Positions 1 to 8,731 of a stretch of DNA of 64,000 nucleotides are shown here, piece after piece. The notes beneath the pieces were generated by a model. It made no database searches. It saw only the letters and a program-made list of their open reading frames with translations, and had not been told where the DNA came from. Numbering within the stretch: the first letter of the stretch is position 1; every line of letters starts with the position of its first letter. The stretch is from Candidatus Binatia bacterium. Its GTDB lineage: Bacteria > Desulfobacterota > Binatia > UTPRO1. The position numbers and the translations under genes are program-made. The stretch spans positions 572 to 64,571 of the forward strand of contig JBGOSW010000001.1 in the NCBI GenBank assembly GCA_041476145.1, given 5' to 3'.

Positions 1-3000
1 CAGCAAATGGTGGCGATCGGCGCCGCCGAGGACGTCGCGGAGGAGGCGCTGTGGGCGCTCGTGCGCCGCGCGTACCCGTATCGCGACCTCACCCGCGCCG
101 AGTTCGACGCCGTGCTCACCATGCTCGCCGAGGGCGTGGCGACGCGACGCGGACGGCGCTCCGCCCACCTGCACCACGACCGCGTGCACGGCCGCATCCG
201 CGGCCGGCGCGGCGCGCGCCTGGCGGCGATCACCAGCGGCGGCGCCATCCCCGACACCGCCGACTACGATGTCGTCGAGGAGCCGACCGGCGCGCTCGTC
301 GGCAAGGTGAACGAGGATTTCGCCGTCGAGAGCATGGCGGGCGACATCTTCCTCCTCGGCAACCACTCCTGGCGGATCCGCCGCGTCGAGGCCGGCCGGG
401 TGCGCGTCGCGGACGCCGGGCAGACGCCGCCGACGATCCCCTTCTGGCTCGGCGAATCGCCGGCACGCACGCGCGAGTTGTCGCAGGCGGTATCGGATCT
501 CCGCGCCGAGGTGGCCGCACGCGTGCGTGACCTCGCTATCAAGGCGGCGCCGCTCGACGTCGGCGGCGGCGGCGCAGTCGCGAGCGACGACGTGTCGGTC
601 GTGGACCACGACGGCGCCGCAACCTTGGCGCCGGTCGTCGACTGGCTCATCGCCGAGAGCGGTGTCGACCGCGGCGGCGCCGAGCAGATCGTCGGGTACG
701 TGCGCGCGACGCTCGCGGTCCTCGGTACGGTGCCGACCTGCGAGACGGTCGTCGCCGAGCGCTTCTTCGACGAGAGTGGCGGTATGCAACTCGTCCTGCA
801 CGCGCCCTTCGGCGGCGCCATCAATCGCGCCTGGGGCCTGGCGCTCCGCAAGCGCTTCTGCGTGAGCTTCGATTTCGAGCTGCAAGCGGCGGCGACCGAC
901 GACGGCATCGTCGTCTCGCTCGGCGAGCAGCACAGCTTCCCGCTCGCGAGCGTCTTCGCGATGGTTCGACCACGAACGCTCGCGCACGACCTCGTGCAGG
1001 CGGCGCTGGCGGCACCGATGTTCGGCACCCGCTGGCGCTGGAACGCGACGCGCGCGCTCGCGCTCCTACGCCATACCGGCGGCAAGCGCGTGCCGATGCC
1101 GATCCAACGCATGCGTGCCGAGGATCTCCTGGCCGCGGTCTTTCCGGCGCAGGTCGCGTGCGGCGACAACCACGCCGGGCCGATCGAGCCGCCGGCGCAC
1201 CCGCTGGTCGACGAGACGCTCGCCAATTGCCTGCACGAAGCGATGGACGTCGACGGCCTGCGTGCCGTGCTCGAGCGCATCGAGCGCGGCACGATTCACA
1301 CCGTCGCCGTCGAAACCCCGGCGCCGTCACCGATGTCGCACGAGATCTTGAACGCCAATCCGTACGCCTTCCTCGACGACGCCCCGCTCGAGGAGCGACG
1401 CGCGCGCGCGGTGGCGTTGCGTCGCACCGATCCCGATCTCGCCACCGGCATCGGCGCACTCGACGCGACGGCGATCGACGAGGTGCGTCGCCAGGCGTGG
1501 CCCGACGTGCGCGACGCCGACGAGCTCCACGACGCGCTCTTGAGCCTCGTCCTGCTGCCGGCGGAGGAGCTCGCGGACTGGGCCGCGCTCGCGGACACGC
1601 TGCGCGCGAGCGGCCGCGTCGCCGACGTGTGCTGGGAAGCGAACGGACGCGCCCGCGCCGCCGTCGTCGCGAGCGAGCGGCTCGCTCTCGCGCAGCTCGT
1701 CCTCCCGAACGCACACGTCACGCTCACGGCCGACGGGGCACGGCACGCGGCCACGCTCGCCGGCGTGGAGTCCGATGCCGAGGTGGCGCGGGCCGCAACC
1801 GTCCGCGGCTGGCTCGAGTGCGTCGGCCCGACGACCGCGGCGGCCCTCGCCGATCGCCTCGGTCTCGCGTCGTCCGCGGTCATCGCCGCGCTCGCCCGGC
1901 TCGAGGCCGAAGGGATCGCCCTCCAAGGCCGGTTCACGCCCGGCGCCGCCGACGTCGAGTGGTGCGAGCGCCGGCTCCTCGCCCGCATCCATCGCCTCAC
2001 GATCGGGCGGCTTCGCCGTGAGATCGAGCCGGTGCAGGCGGCCGACTTCCTGCGCTACCTCTTTCGCTGGCAGCACGTGATGCCGGGAACGCGCCTGCAC
2101 GGCCGCGACGGCCTCGCGGCGGTGATCACGCAGCTCCACGGCCTCGAGCTACCGGCGCCGGCCTGGGAGCACAGCGTTTTGCCGGCGCGCATCGAATCCT
2201 ACGAGGCGGCGCTGCTCGACGAGCTCTGCCTCGGCGGCGTCGTCGCGTGGGGACGTTTCTCGCCGCCCGCGGACGCCACGACACGCGACGATGCAAGCGC
2301 GCGGCCGGGTGCGGACGCCGCGGAACGCGCCGCCGGCCCGCGCCGCCGGCGCGCCGCACCGACGCGCGTCGCCCCGCTGGCGCTCGCGCTCCGCGACGAC
2401 CTCGGGCCGCTCCTCGCCGCGCCCGGGAGCCGCACCGACGTGCCGCTCTCGCACCCCGCCGGCGTCATCGCCGACTTCCTGGCGCGGGAGGGCGCGTCGT
2501 TTCTCGGCGACATCGCCCGCGCGGCCGGTCTTCTGCCGAGCGCGGCCGAGGACGCGCTGTGGGAGCTCGTCGCGCGCGGGCTCGTCACCGGCGACGGCTT
2601 CGCCGGCCTGCGCGCGCTGCTTGCGCCGCCCGCGACACCACGCCCCGAGCGCCGTTTACGGGCGCTGCGCGGCGGGCGTGCGCCCCGCCGCACACTGCCG
2701 ATCGGCCGCTGGGCGCTGCTGCGCGGCCGGCCGATACCGTCGACACCCGAGACGCTCGCGGAACACGCGGCGCGCCGGCTCCTGCGCCGCTACGGCGTCG
2801 TCGTTCGCGAGCTCCTCGCGCGCGAGACACTGGTGCCGCCGTGGCGGACGCTCCTCGGCGTCTTCCGCCGCCTCGAGGCGCGCGGTGAGGTGCGGGGCGG
2901 CCGTTTCATCGCCGGCGTCGTGGGTGAGCAGTTCGCGCTCCCCGAAGCGGTCGAGGCGCTGCGTAGCACCCGCCGCGAAGACGATCACGGGCAGATCGTC

Positions 3001-3180
3001 GTGCTCGCCGCCGCCGATCCGTTGAATCTCGTCGGCATCTTGACGCCGGGATCGCGCGTGTCGCCGCTCTCCGGTCACGTGATCGCCTTCGAGCGCGGCG
3101 TGCCGATCGAGGTCGGCGACCTCGGCGTCGTACGCAGCAGGCTCCGCGGCCGCGCCGCCGGCGGTTCTCTTCAGACGTGA
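1..3180 (+). CDS. lhr: Lhr-type ATP-dependent helicase, C-terminal ~1060 aa (5' end lies upstream of the window)
   Basis: Frame 1 is open from nt 1 to the TGA at 3178-3180 (track ORF 7..3180). Segments such as GDIFLLGNHSWRIRRVE and IPFWLGESPARTRELS match my recollection of the DEAD/H-associated domain and long C-terminal region of Lhr-family helicases. The helicase core would lie upstream. Family call is from memory, not a search. Confidence 0.8.
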   Translation, partial: QQMVAIGAAEDVAEEALWALVRRAYPYRDLTRAEFDAVLTMLAEGVATRRGRRSAHLHHDRVHGRIRGRRGARLAAITSGGAIPDTADYDVVEEPTGALVGKVNEDFAVESMAGDIFLLGNHSWRIRRVEAGRVRVADAGQTPPTIPFWLGESPARTRELSQAVSDLRAEVAARVRDLAIKAAPLDVGGGGAVASDDVSVVDHDGAATLAPVVDWLIAESGVDRGGAEQIVGYVRATLAVLGTVPTCETVVAERFFDESGGMQLVLHAPFGGAINRAWGLALRKRFCVSFDFELQAAATDDGIVVSLGEQHSFPLASVFAMVRPRTLAHDLVQAALAAPMFGTRWRWNATRALALLRHTGGKRVPMPIQRMRAEDLLAAVFPAQVACGDNHAGPIEPPAHPLVDETLANCLHEAMDVDGLRAVLERIERGTIHTVAVETPAPSPMSHEILNANPYAFLDDAPLEERRARAVALRRTDPDLATGIGALDATAIDEVRRQAWPDVRDADELHDALLSLVLLPAEELADWAALADTLRASGRVADVCWEANGRARAAVVASERLALAQLVLPNAHVTLTADGARHAATLAGVESDAEVARAATVRGWLECVGPTTAAALADRLGLASSAVIAALARLEAEGIALQGRFTPGAADVEWCERRLLARIHRLTIGRLRREIEPVQAADFLRYLFRWQHVMPGTRLHGRDGLAAVITQLHGLELPAPAWEHSVLPARIESYEAALLDELCLGGVVAWGRFSPPADATTRDDASARPGADAAERAAGPRRRRAAPTRVAPLALALRDDLGPLLAAPGSRTDVPLSHPAGVIADFLAREGASFLGDIARAAGLLPSAAEDALWELVARGLVTGDGFAGLRALLAPPATPRPERRLRALRGGRAPRRTLPIGRWALLRGRPIPSTPETLAEHAARRLLRRYGVVVRELLARETLVPPWRTLLGVFRRLEARGEVRGGRFIAGVVGEQFALPEAVEALRSTRREDDHGQIVVLAAADPLNLVGILTPGSRVSPLSGHVIAFERGVPIEVGDLGVVRSRLRGRAAGGSLQT

Positions 3181-4157
3181 TTGCGGAGCATCAGCTCCTT
3201 CGGGTGCGGGTTCAAATAGGTCTGTCCCCGCACGTAGGCGACATCGTGGCGGGCGACGTGGTGCCGTAACAGCGTGAGCGGAACGATCAGCGGCACGAGT
3301 CCGCGACGATAGTCCTCGATGACCTCGGCGAGCTCGCGGCGCTCGCCGGGGGTGAGATGCTCGCGGCAGAAACCGGCGATGTGCTGCAGGACGTTGACGT
3401 GCTTCTTCACCGTCGCCGTGACGGCGAGCGCCGCCATCAGCCGTTCGCCGTAGCGGCGCGCGAGCGGCGCGGCGCGGATTCCTCGGCTCTCGCCCACCAG
3501 CCGGCCGAGTGCGGCGTAGTCGCGCGGACTGTGCGCCAGGACGAGGAACTTGTGCGCGGTGTGGAAGACGACGAGCGCGCCACGGGTCGGGCCGCCGTCG
3601 AGCAGTGCCCGCCAGCGGCGATAGCAGAAGAGGCGCTCGATGAAATTCTCGCGCAGGACCGGATCGTTCAGCCGGCCCTCCTCCTCCACGGGGATGGACG
3701 GATACGCGGCCATGAACGCCGCCGCGAAGATCCCGCGGCCGCGCCGGCCGGGCATGCCGCCGGTCCCGTAGACGCGCACGCGCTCCATGCCGCAGCTCGG
3801 CGAGTCCTTCTTGAAGACGTATCCCGAGAGGTCGAGCGCCGCGAGCGCACGCACGCGCGACGCGGCGTAGCGCCGCATCGCATCGGTATGGTCGGTGCCG
3901 CTCCGCGTCCCGACCATGCGCGGCGCGGCCGGGTCGCCGACCAGGCGCACCGCCTCGCGCGGCACCCCCATGCCGACCTCGAGCTCGGGGCAGACCGGCA
4001 CCCATTCGACGTAGCACCCGAGGAGATCGGTGAGGAAACGGTCGCGCTTGTGGCCACCGTCGAATCGCACCTCGACACCGAGCAGGCAGCTGCTCACGCC
4101 GAGCCGGAGCGGGCGGTCGTCGCGCGCCGCTGCGCCCGACGCGATCGGTGACGCCAT
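3171..4157 (-). CDS. DUF523 (TudS/YbbK-like) fused to DUF1722 (YbgA-like) protein
   Basis: Track ORF 3171..4214. LGVSSCLLGVEVRFDGGHK is the typical DUF523 N-terminal Cys motif. The C-terminal half (FHTAHKFLVLAHSPRDYAALGRLV) resembles YbgA/DUF1722. I place the start at the internal ATG (MASPIAS, 4157), but 4214 is also possible. The 3' end overlaps the convergent lhr stop by 10 nt. Confidence 0.75.
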   Translation of the reverse strand: MASPIASGAAARDDRPLRLGVSSCLLGVEVRFDGGHKRDRFLTDLLGCYVEWVPVCPELEVGMGVPREAVRLVGDPAAPRMVGTRSGTDHTDAMRRYAASRVRALAALDLSGYVFKKDSPSCGMERVRVYGTGGMPGRRGRGIFAAAFMAAYPSIPVEEEGRLNDPVLRENFIERLFCYRRWRALLDGGPTRGALVVFHTAHKFLVLAHSPRDYAALGRLVGESRGIRAAPLARRYGERLMAALAVTATVKKHVNVLQHIAGFCREHLTPGERRELAEVIEDYRRGLVPLIVPLTLLRHHVARHDVAYVRGQTYLNPHPKELMLRNHV

Positions 4158-4265
4158 ACCCGTCAGTCTAGCGAGCACGCGACGGCCGAACCATCGCAGG
4201 GCAATTGCATTCACGCGGCCCTCTCGCCATCATGCGCGGACATCACGATCGGGGAGGAGGAATCC

Positions 4266-4778
4266 ATGCATCGAATGATCATCATCGCCGTGCTCGCGCT
4301 ACCCATCGCGGCGTGCTCACGAGGCAACGACGTCGCCGTGGCCACCTTGCAGCCGAAGAGCGGCGCGCAGGTGACGGGCACGGTGACGTTCACCCAGAAG
4401 GGCGACCGGGTCGAGGTCGTCGCCAACGTGAAGAATCTCACTCCGGGCAAGCACGGCATCCACGTCCACGAGAAGGGCGATTGCAGCGCGTCCGACGCGT
4501 CGTCCGCGGGCGGGCACTTCGCGCCGGGCGGCGGGCAACACGCCGCCCCGACCGATCCGAAGCGTCACGCCGGCGATCTCGGCAATCTCGAGGCGGGCGC
4601 CGACGGTTCGGCGACACTGACCATCACCACCGACATGCTGCACGTCGGCTCCGGTGATCGCGACGTCATCGGCAGGGCCATCGTCGTCCACGGCGACCCC
4701 GACGATCTCGCGACGCAGCCCTCGGGCAACTCCGGGGGCCGTATCGCCTGCGGCGTCATCGAGAAGAAGGTAGACTGA
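4266..4778 (+). CDS. sodC: Cu/Zn superoxide dismutase, lipoprotein-type signal peptide
   Basis: Motifs GIHVHEKGDCS, GGHFAPGG, HAGDLGNLEA, IVVHGDPDD and GNSGGRIACGVI are present. The N-terminus LALPIAACS looks like a lipobox. A GGGGAGGAGG Shine-Dalgarno lies just upstream of the ATG. Confidence 0.93.
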   Translation: MHRMIIIAVLALPIAACSRGNDVAVATLQPKSGAQVTGTVTFTQKGDRVEVVANVKNLTPGKHGIHVHEKGDCSASDASSAGGHFAPGGGQHAAPTDPKRHAGDLGNLEAGADGSATLTITTDMLHVGSGDRDVIGRAIVVHGDPDDLATQPSGNSGGRIACGVIEKKVD

Positions 4779-4850
4779 TCGGCCGCCGTGCGGCCGGCGC
4801 GGGCGCGGCATTCGCACTCGCCCGGCCGCCGGCGCGACCCGCAACGCTCG

Positions 4851-6044
4851 TCAGCGGCGCGGCGAGGCTGCCGGCACCGTGTCCGCGCGCAGATAGCTAC
4901 GCACCTGCTCGCGGGCGAACGTCGCCGCCGCGACGCGATCGAAGGGCGTACCGTCGGCGAGCTCCTCGGCGTAGGTGAAAAGCGGCTCGAAGAGTCGACC
5001 GCGATCGGGCGCGGCGCGCAGCGTGAATCGCCTGTGGCTCGCGATGATGTCGCTCCACGCGGCACGCACCGCGTCCCAGAAGGGTTCGGTGCGGTCACGA
5101 TACCGGCGCGCGGCGGAGTCGTCGAAATTCTCGAGGCGCTCGTAGCGATTGAGCCCGATCTCTTGCGCCAGCACCGGTAGCGTGGCGATCGGCTGACCGT
5201 GCTCGTCGAGTGCGACCTTCAGATTCTCTTCTTCCTGCACCCAACCCGTCGGCGTGATGCTGACGCGATTGGTGCCGATCAGGACGTCGTAGTCGTCGCG
5301 CACCGAGAACTCGCGGCGCGGAAGCGGTCGCCAGGTGGTCGAGCTGCGCCACGTCGACACGTTGCCGAAGTGCTCCCAGCGACCGAACGCCTCGTAGCGG
5401 GGCGAGTCGTCGACCTGGAAGACCGCCTGCGTCCACGTGCCCTTCGCCTGCGCCGCCGACCGCTGCTCCTTCGCCCAGGTGTTGCGGCCGCGATAGGTGA
5501 GGAGCTCGCGATCCTGGTAACGCCAGTCCTGCCGCCAGTGCTTGGTGACGAACGGTCCCTGCACGGTCCCGTCTTCCGCACGGACGAACATCGCGAGGAT
5601 GTGCTGCAAGCTGATGAAGTGCGGCCGGTCGCGGCGCACGTAGACGTACTCGCTGCCCCACGACTGGTAGGGACGATCGGGCACGAACCCGGGGCGGAAC
5701 CCTACCACCTCGAGGAAGTCGAAGCTCACGCGATAGGTGCCGGCCATGGCGAGGATGGCGCGGCGGTCGCGCTCGAGCGACCGCAGCGTCGGATCCTGCA
5801 GCCGCCACCAGGCGTCGCCGGGCGCGGCGTCGAGGGTCACCGGCGGGCCCTGCGTCGTTCCGCCGCGCGGCGCCACGAGCTCGCCGGGCGCATAGCGCCA
5901 CGCGAACGTGAACTGGCGCACCGCCCGATCGGACGCGGGGACGGACGGCGGGCGCGCGCAGCCGGTCGCCGCCACGAGCGCGAGCAACGCGGCCGCCAGT
6001 GCCGACGTCGCCCGCCGTCGATCCGCCGTCACGTCCACGCTCAC
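4851..6044 (-). CDS. conserved hypothetical lipoprotein (family not recognised with confidence)
   Basis: Track ORF 4851..6140. The signal/lipobox is ALLALVAATGCARPP, and the mature part is W/R/Y-rich and globular-looking. An in-frame GTG at 6044-6042 overlaps the yajD stop (TGA 6043-6041) as GTGA, so I prefer 6044 as the start. Confidence 0.6.
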   Translation of the reverse strand: MSVDVTADRRRATSALAAALLALVAATGCARPPSVPASDRAVRQFTFAWRYAPGELVAPRGGTTQGPPVTLDAAPGDAWWRLQDPTLRSLERDRRAILAMAGTYRVSFDFLEVVGFRPGFVPDRPYQSWGSEYVYVRRDRPHFISLQHILAMFVRAEDGTVQGPFVTKHWRQDWRYQDRELLTYRGRNTWAKEQRSAAQAKGTWTQAVFQVDDSPRYEAFGRWEHFGNVSTWRSSTTWRPLPRREFSVRDDYDVLIGTNRVSITPTGWVQEEENLKVALDEHGQPIATLPVLAQEIGLNRYERLENFDDSAARRYRDRTEPFWDAVRAAWSDIIASHRRFTLRAAPDRGRLFEPLFTYAEELADGTPFDRVAAATFAREQVRSYLRADTVPAASPRR

Positions 6045-6394
6045 GAGCGCTCCGGCTTCACGTCTCGCCCCGTGAGGTAGTCGCCGAGGATGCCCCGGGT
6101 GTGCTCCGCCTCGTGACAGTAGGCGCAGAGATTCTCCCAATTGCTGCCGTCGGGCGGATTGTGCTCGTGGTTGCCGTCCTTGTGGTGGACCGTGAGGAGA
6201 TGGAGCGTGTCGGCCTCGAACTCGCGCGCGCAGCGCGCGCAGATCCAGCCGTGCAACGCCAGCGAGCGCTCGCGATAGCCTTGCGCGCGCGCCGCCTGCT
6301 TCGTCTTCGCCTCGCGCACGAGGTCCGCGAGCGGCGGGCGCACGGACGTCGGCGTCGAAGCGCGGCGCCGCGACGGCCGAAAGCTGCGCGTCAT
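6041..6394 (-). CDS. yajD: HNH nuclease family protein, YajD-like
   Basis: The 117-aa product carries CARC...LTVHHKDGNHEHNPPDGSNWENLCAYCHEAEH, the YajD-type HNH/zinc-finger arrangement. Confidence 0.8.
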   Translation of the reverse strand: MTRSFRPSRRRASTPTSVRPPLADLVREAKTKQAARAQGYRERSLALHGWICARCAREFEADTLHLLTVHHKDGNHEHNPPDGSNWENLCAYCHEAEHTRGILGDYLTGRDVKPERS

Positions 6395-6419
6395 CGGACG
6401 ACCCCGCTCACGACCGCTC

Positions 6420-7232
6420 CTACAACCGGAGGATCTCCGGCAGCTCCTCGGGCGTGAAACGGACGCCGATGTAGAACGCCCCGAAGAGCCCGTAGAGCGC
6501 GCTCGCGGCGTCGAAGCGCATCTCGTAGACGACGTCGCGGATCGCCTTCAGATCGCCGGCGAAGAGCGTCACGCCCCATTCCCAGTCGTCGAGGCCGGTG
6601 GCGCTGGTGATGAGCTGGGTGACGCGGCTCGCATAGCGGCGCCCCGAGTCGCCGTGGCCTTGCATGAGCTTCTTGCGCTCGTCGAAGGAGAGCACGTACC
6701 AGTTGCGTCCCGCCTCGCGCGCCTTCGCCATCGGATAGAAGCAGACGATCGGGAAGTTGTCCGGCAGGCGCGGATGCATCCGCGCCTCGGTGTACGCGGC
6801 GATGCGTTTGCGGAAGGTCTCCATCTTCGCCGCAAAGTCGGGTGAGGTCGGGTCGATCTTCTGCTCCTCGACGAGCGTCCGCGCCCAATCGGCCTCGCTG
6901 GTGACGTACTCACTCGCCTCCGAGATCGAGAGGAACGTGTAGACCGGCTCGAGACAAGCGCCGAGCGCCGTCGCCGCGAGCTCTTGTGCGAGTTGCTGGT
7001 GGCGGCGGAGATCGGGGTGAACGGCCATCAATCCGACGTCACCCTTGCCGACGAGTGCGAGCGGGACGAGCTGCAGCCCTTCTTCCGCAAGCGCACCGGC
7101 GAGCCAGGCGCGCAGCTCCGCGACCGCGGCGGCGCGCTCCGGCGCGGCGAGGGCGTGCCAGCGCGTGCGGTCGATCCGATAGAATCGGTGCGAGACGGTC
7201 CAGCCGCTGGACGGAACGAGCGCGTCAGCCAT
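6420..7232 (-). CDS. chlorite dismutase-fold protein (HemQ/ChdC-like coproheme decarboxylase family)
   Basis: The 270-aa product contains WYVLSFDERKKLMQGHGDSGRRY and the DDWEWGVTLF region typical of the Cld/HemQ family. The specific activity was not resolved. Confidence 0.75.
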   Translation of the reverse strand: MADALVPSSGWTVSHRFYRIDRTRWHALAAPERAAAVAELRAWLAGALAEEGLQLVPLALVGKGDVGLMAVHPDLRRHQQLAQELAATALGACLEPVYTFLSISEASEYVTSEADWARTLVEEQKIDPTSPDFAAKMETFRKRIAAYTEARMHPRLPDNFPIVCFYPMAKAREAGRNWYVLSFDERKKLMQGHGDSGRRYASRVTQLITSATGLDDWEWGVTLFAGDLKAIRDVVYEMRFDAASALYGLFGAFYIGVRFTPEELPEILRL

Positions 7233-7277
7233 GGGCGGATTCTAGGGACCGGCGACGGGAGCGTCAATTCACGTACA

Positions 7278-7718
7278 TCAGCGCATCACGGCGCCCGCGA
7301 CCGCCAGCAACAGCAACGCGAGCACCGTCGAGTTGAGCATGCTCGAGAGCGTATGCAGTCGGAGGTAGCGCTCGTCGTCGCGGCTCGGGAGCGCACGCAG
7401 CCGCGGCAACAGCACGTACTGCGAGACCAGGCTGCACACCAGACCACCCGCGACCGGAAGCGCGAGCCGGAGCGCCTCGGCAATCGGCAGGCCGGCGCTG
7501 CGCGCCGCCGAGACCGAGGCGAGGGCGACGAACCCGCACACGATGCATGCCAGGTAGTAACGCGGGAAGAGGTGGCGCAAGAGACGCGCCGCATCCCCGC
7601 GCTCGCTCACCCGATGGATCGCGGGCAGCACGACGAACGAGAACGACACCACCGTCCCCAACCAGACGGCGACGGCCATGACGAAGACGAAACGCAGCAC
7701 CGCCGCCGTTTTTCGCAC
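7278..7718 (-). CDS. small 4-TM membrane protein, DUF4149-like
   Basis: Track ORF 7278..7880. The N-terminal 54 codons are Arg/Ser-rich and overlap the divergent MaoC gene. An in-frame GTG at 7718 precedes the first hydrophobic helix (AAVLRFVFVMAVAVWLGTVVSF). The family call is tentative. Confidence 0.5.
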   Translation of the reverse strand: MRKTAAVLRFVFVMAVAVWLGTVVSFSFVVLPAIHRVSERGDAARLLRHLFPRYYLACIVCGFVALASVSAARSAGLPIAEALRLALPVAGGLVCSLVSQYVLLPRLRALPSRDDERYLRLHTLSSMLNSTVLALLLLAVAGAVMR

Positions 7719-7812
7719 GCGGGTCGCACCCGTCGCAAACGGCCGTGTGCGCCGACGGTTGTCGCGACTCCGACGCGACTGGTAGGAGCTTCGCCAGCGA
7801 GGGCACCACTCC

Positions 7813-8685
7813 ATGGACGAGCGCGAGCGCTTCTTCCCCCACCACGAGGTGCACGTCGGCAAGGACCTCGGCGGCCGCACCGTCGTCGTCGCCGAACGCG
7901 ACGTCGAGCGCTACGAGGCCGGCACCGGCGGGCCGGCGGCGCGGCTGGCGTTCGGTGAGACGCGCGTCGCCCCGGCCCTGCTCTATCATTCCGAGGTCTA
8001 CCGCAGCCTCGCGTGGTATCTGCCGAACGTCTTCGGCAACCTGCACGCGCGCCAGGAGTGGGAGCTGTTCGCGCCGCTCGTCGTCGGCACGACCGTCCGC
8101 ACGCGCTCGACGGTCGTCGAGCGCTACGCGAAGCGCAACCGCGAGTACGTCGTGAACGAGGTCCTCGTCACCGACGCCGACGGGCGCTGGCTGCAGCGCA
8201 GCCGCACCCACCAGAGCTTTCTCGCCGCGGAGGGGCGCGGCGAGATCGTCGTCGATCGCGAGCGCGAGAAGCGCGCCGATCGCCAGTTCGCGATCGGCGA
8301 GGGCGCGGGCGAGGAGGTCGCGCCGCTCGCGCGCACGATCACGCATGCGATGTGCGAGGCGTTCTCCGGACCGGAGAAGAACTACCACACCGATCAGGCG
8401 ATGGCGCGCGCGCTCGGCTTTCCCGACATCGTCGTCCAGGGGATGCTCTCGGTGTGCTTCGTCGCCGAGCTGATGGCGCACGCCTTCGGCCTCGGGTGGC
8501 ACCTCGCCGGCAAGCTCGACGTCCGTCTGGTGAACGTCGTCTGGCCGAACGATACCCTCACCACCCGCGGCAAGGCGCAGGGTGAGGTCGCCGAGGGCAG
8601 CCGGCGGCGCGCGCTGCTCGACGTGTGGTGCGAGAAAGCGGACGGCACGAAGACGGTGGTCGGCACGGCGAGCGCGCTGCGCTGA
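7813..8685 (+). CDS. double hot-dog MaoC-family (R)-specific enoyl-CoA hydratase/dehydratase-like protein
   Basis: The 290-aa product has an N-terminal hot-dog half. Its C-terminal half carries NYHTDQAMARALGFPDIVVQGML, which is typical of MaoC dehydratase domains. Confidence 0.75.
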   Translation: MDERERFFPHHEVHVGKDLGGRTVVVAERDVERYEAGTGGPAARLAFGETRVAPALLYHSEVYRSLAWYLPNVFGNLHARQEWELFAPLVVGTTVRTRSTVVERYAKRNREYVVNEVLVTDADGRWLQRSRTHQSFLAAEGRGEIVVDREREKRADRQFAIGEGAGEEVAPLARTITHAMCEAFSGPEKNYHTDQAMARALGFPDIVVQGMLSVCFVAELMAHAFGLGWHLAGKLDVRLVNVVWPNDTLTTRGKAQGEVAEGSRRRALLDVWCEKADGTKTVVGTASALR

Positions 8686-8731
8686 AACGCGGCGCCGCCG
8701 CTCGCGATTTTCGACCTTCCGCGACCGTGAC

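Noticed and set aside
1-6394. Lhr helicase plus YajD HNH nuclease as parts of a defence island.
   Set aside because: The two are separated by unrelated housekeeping-type genes (DUF523/DUF1722, sodC, a lipoprotein) on different strands. Both families are widespread core genes, and no other defence-associated domains are nearby.
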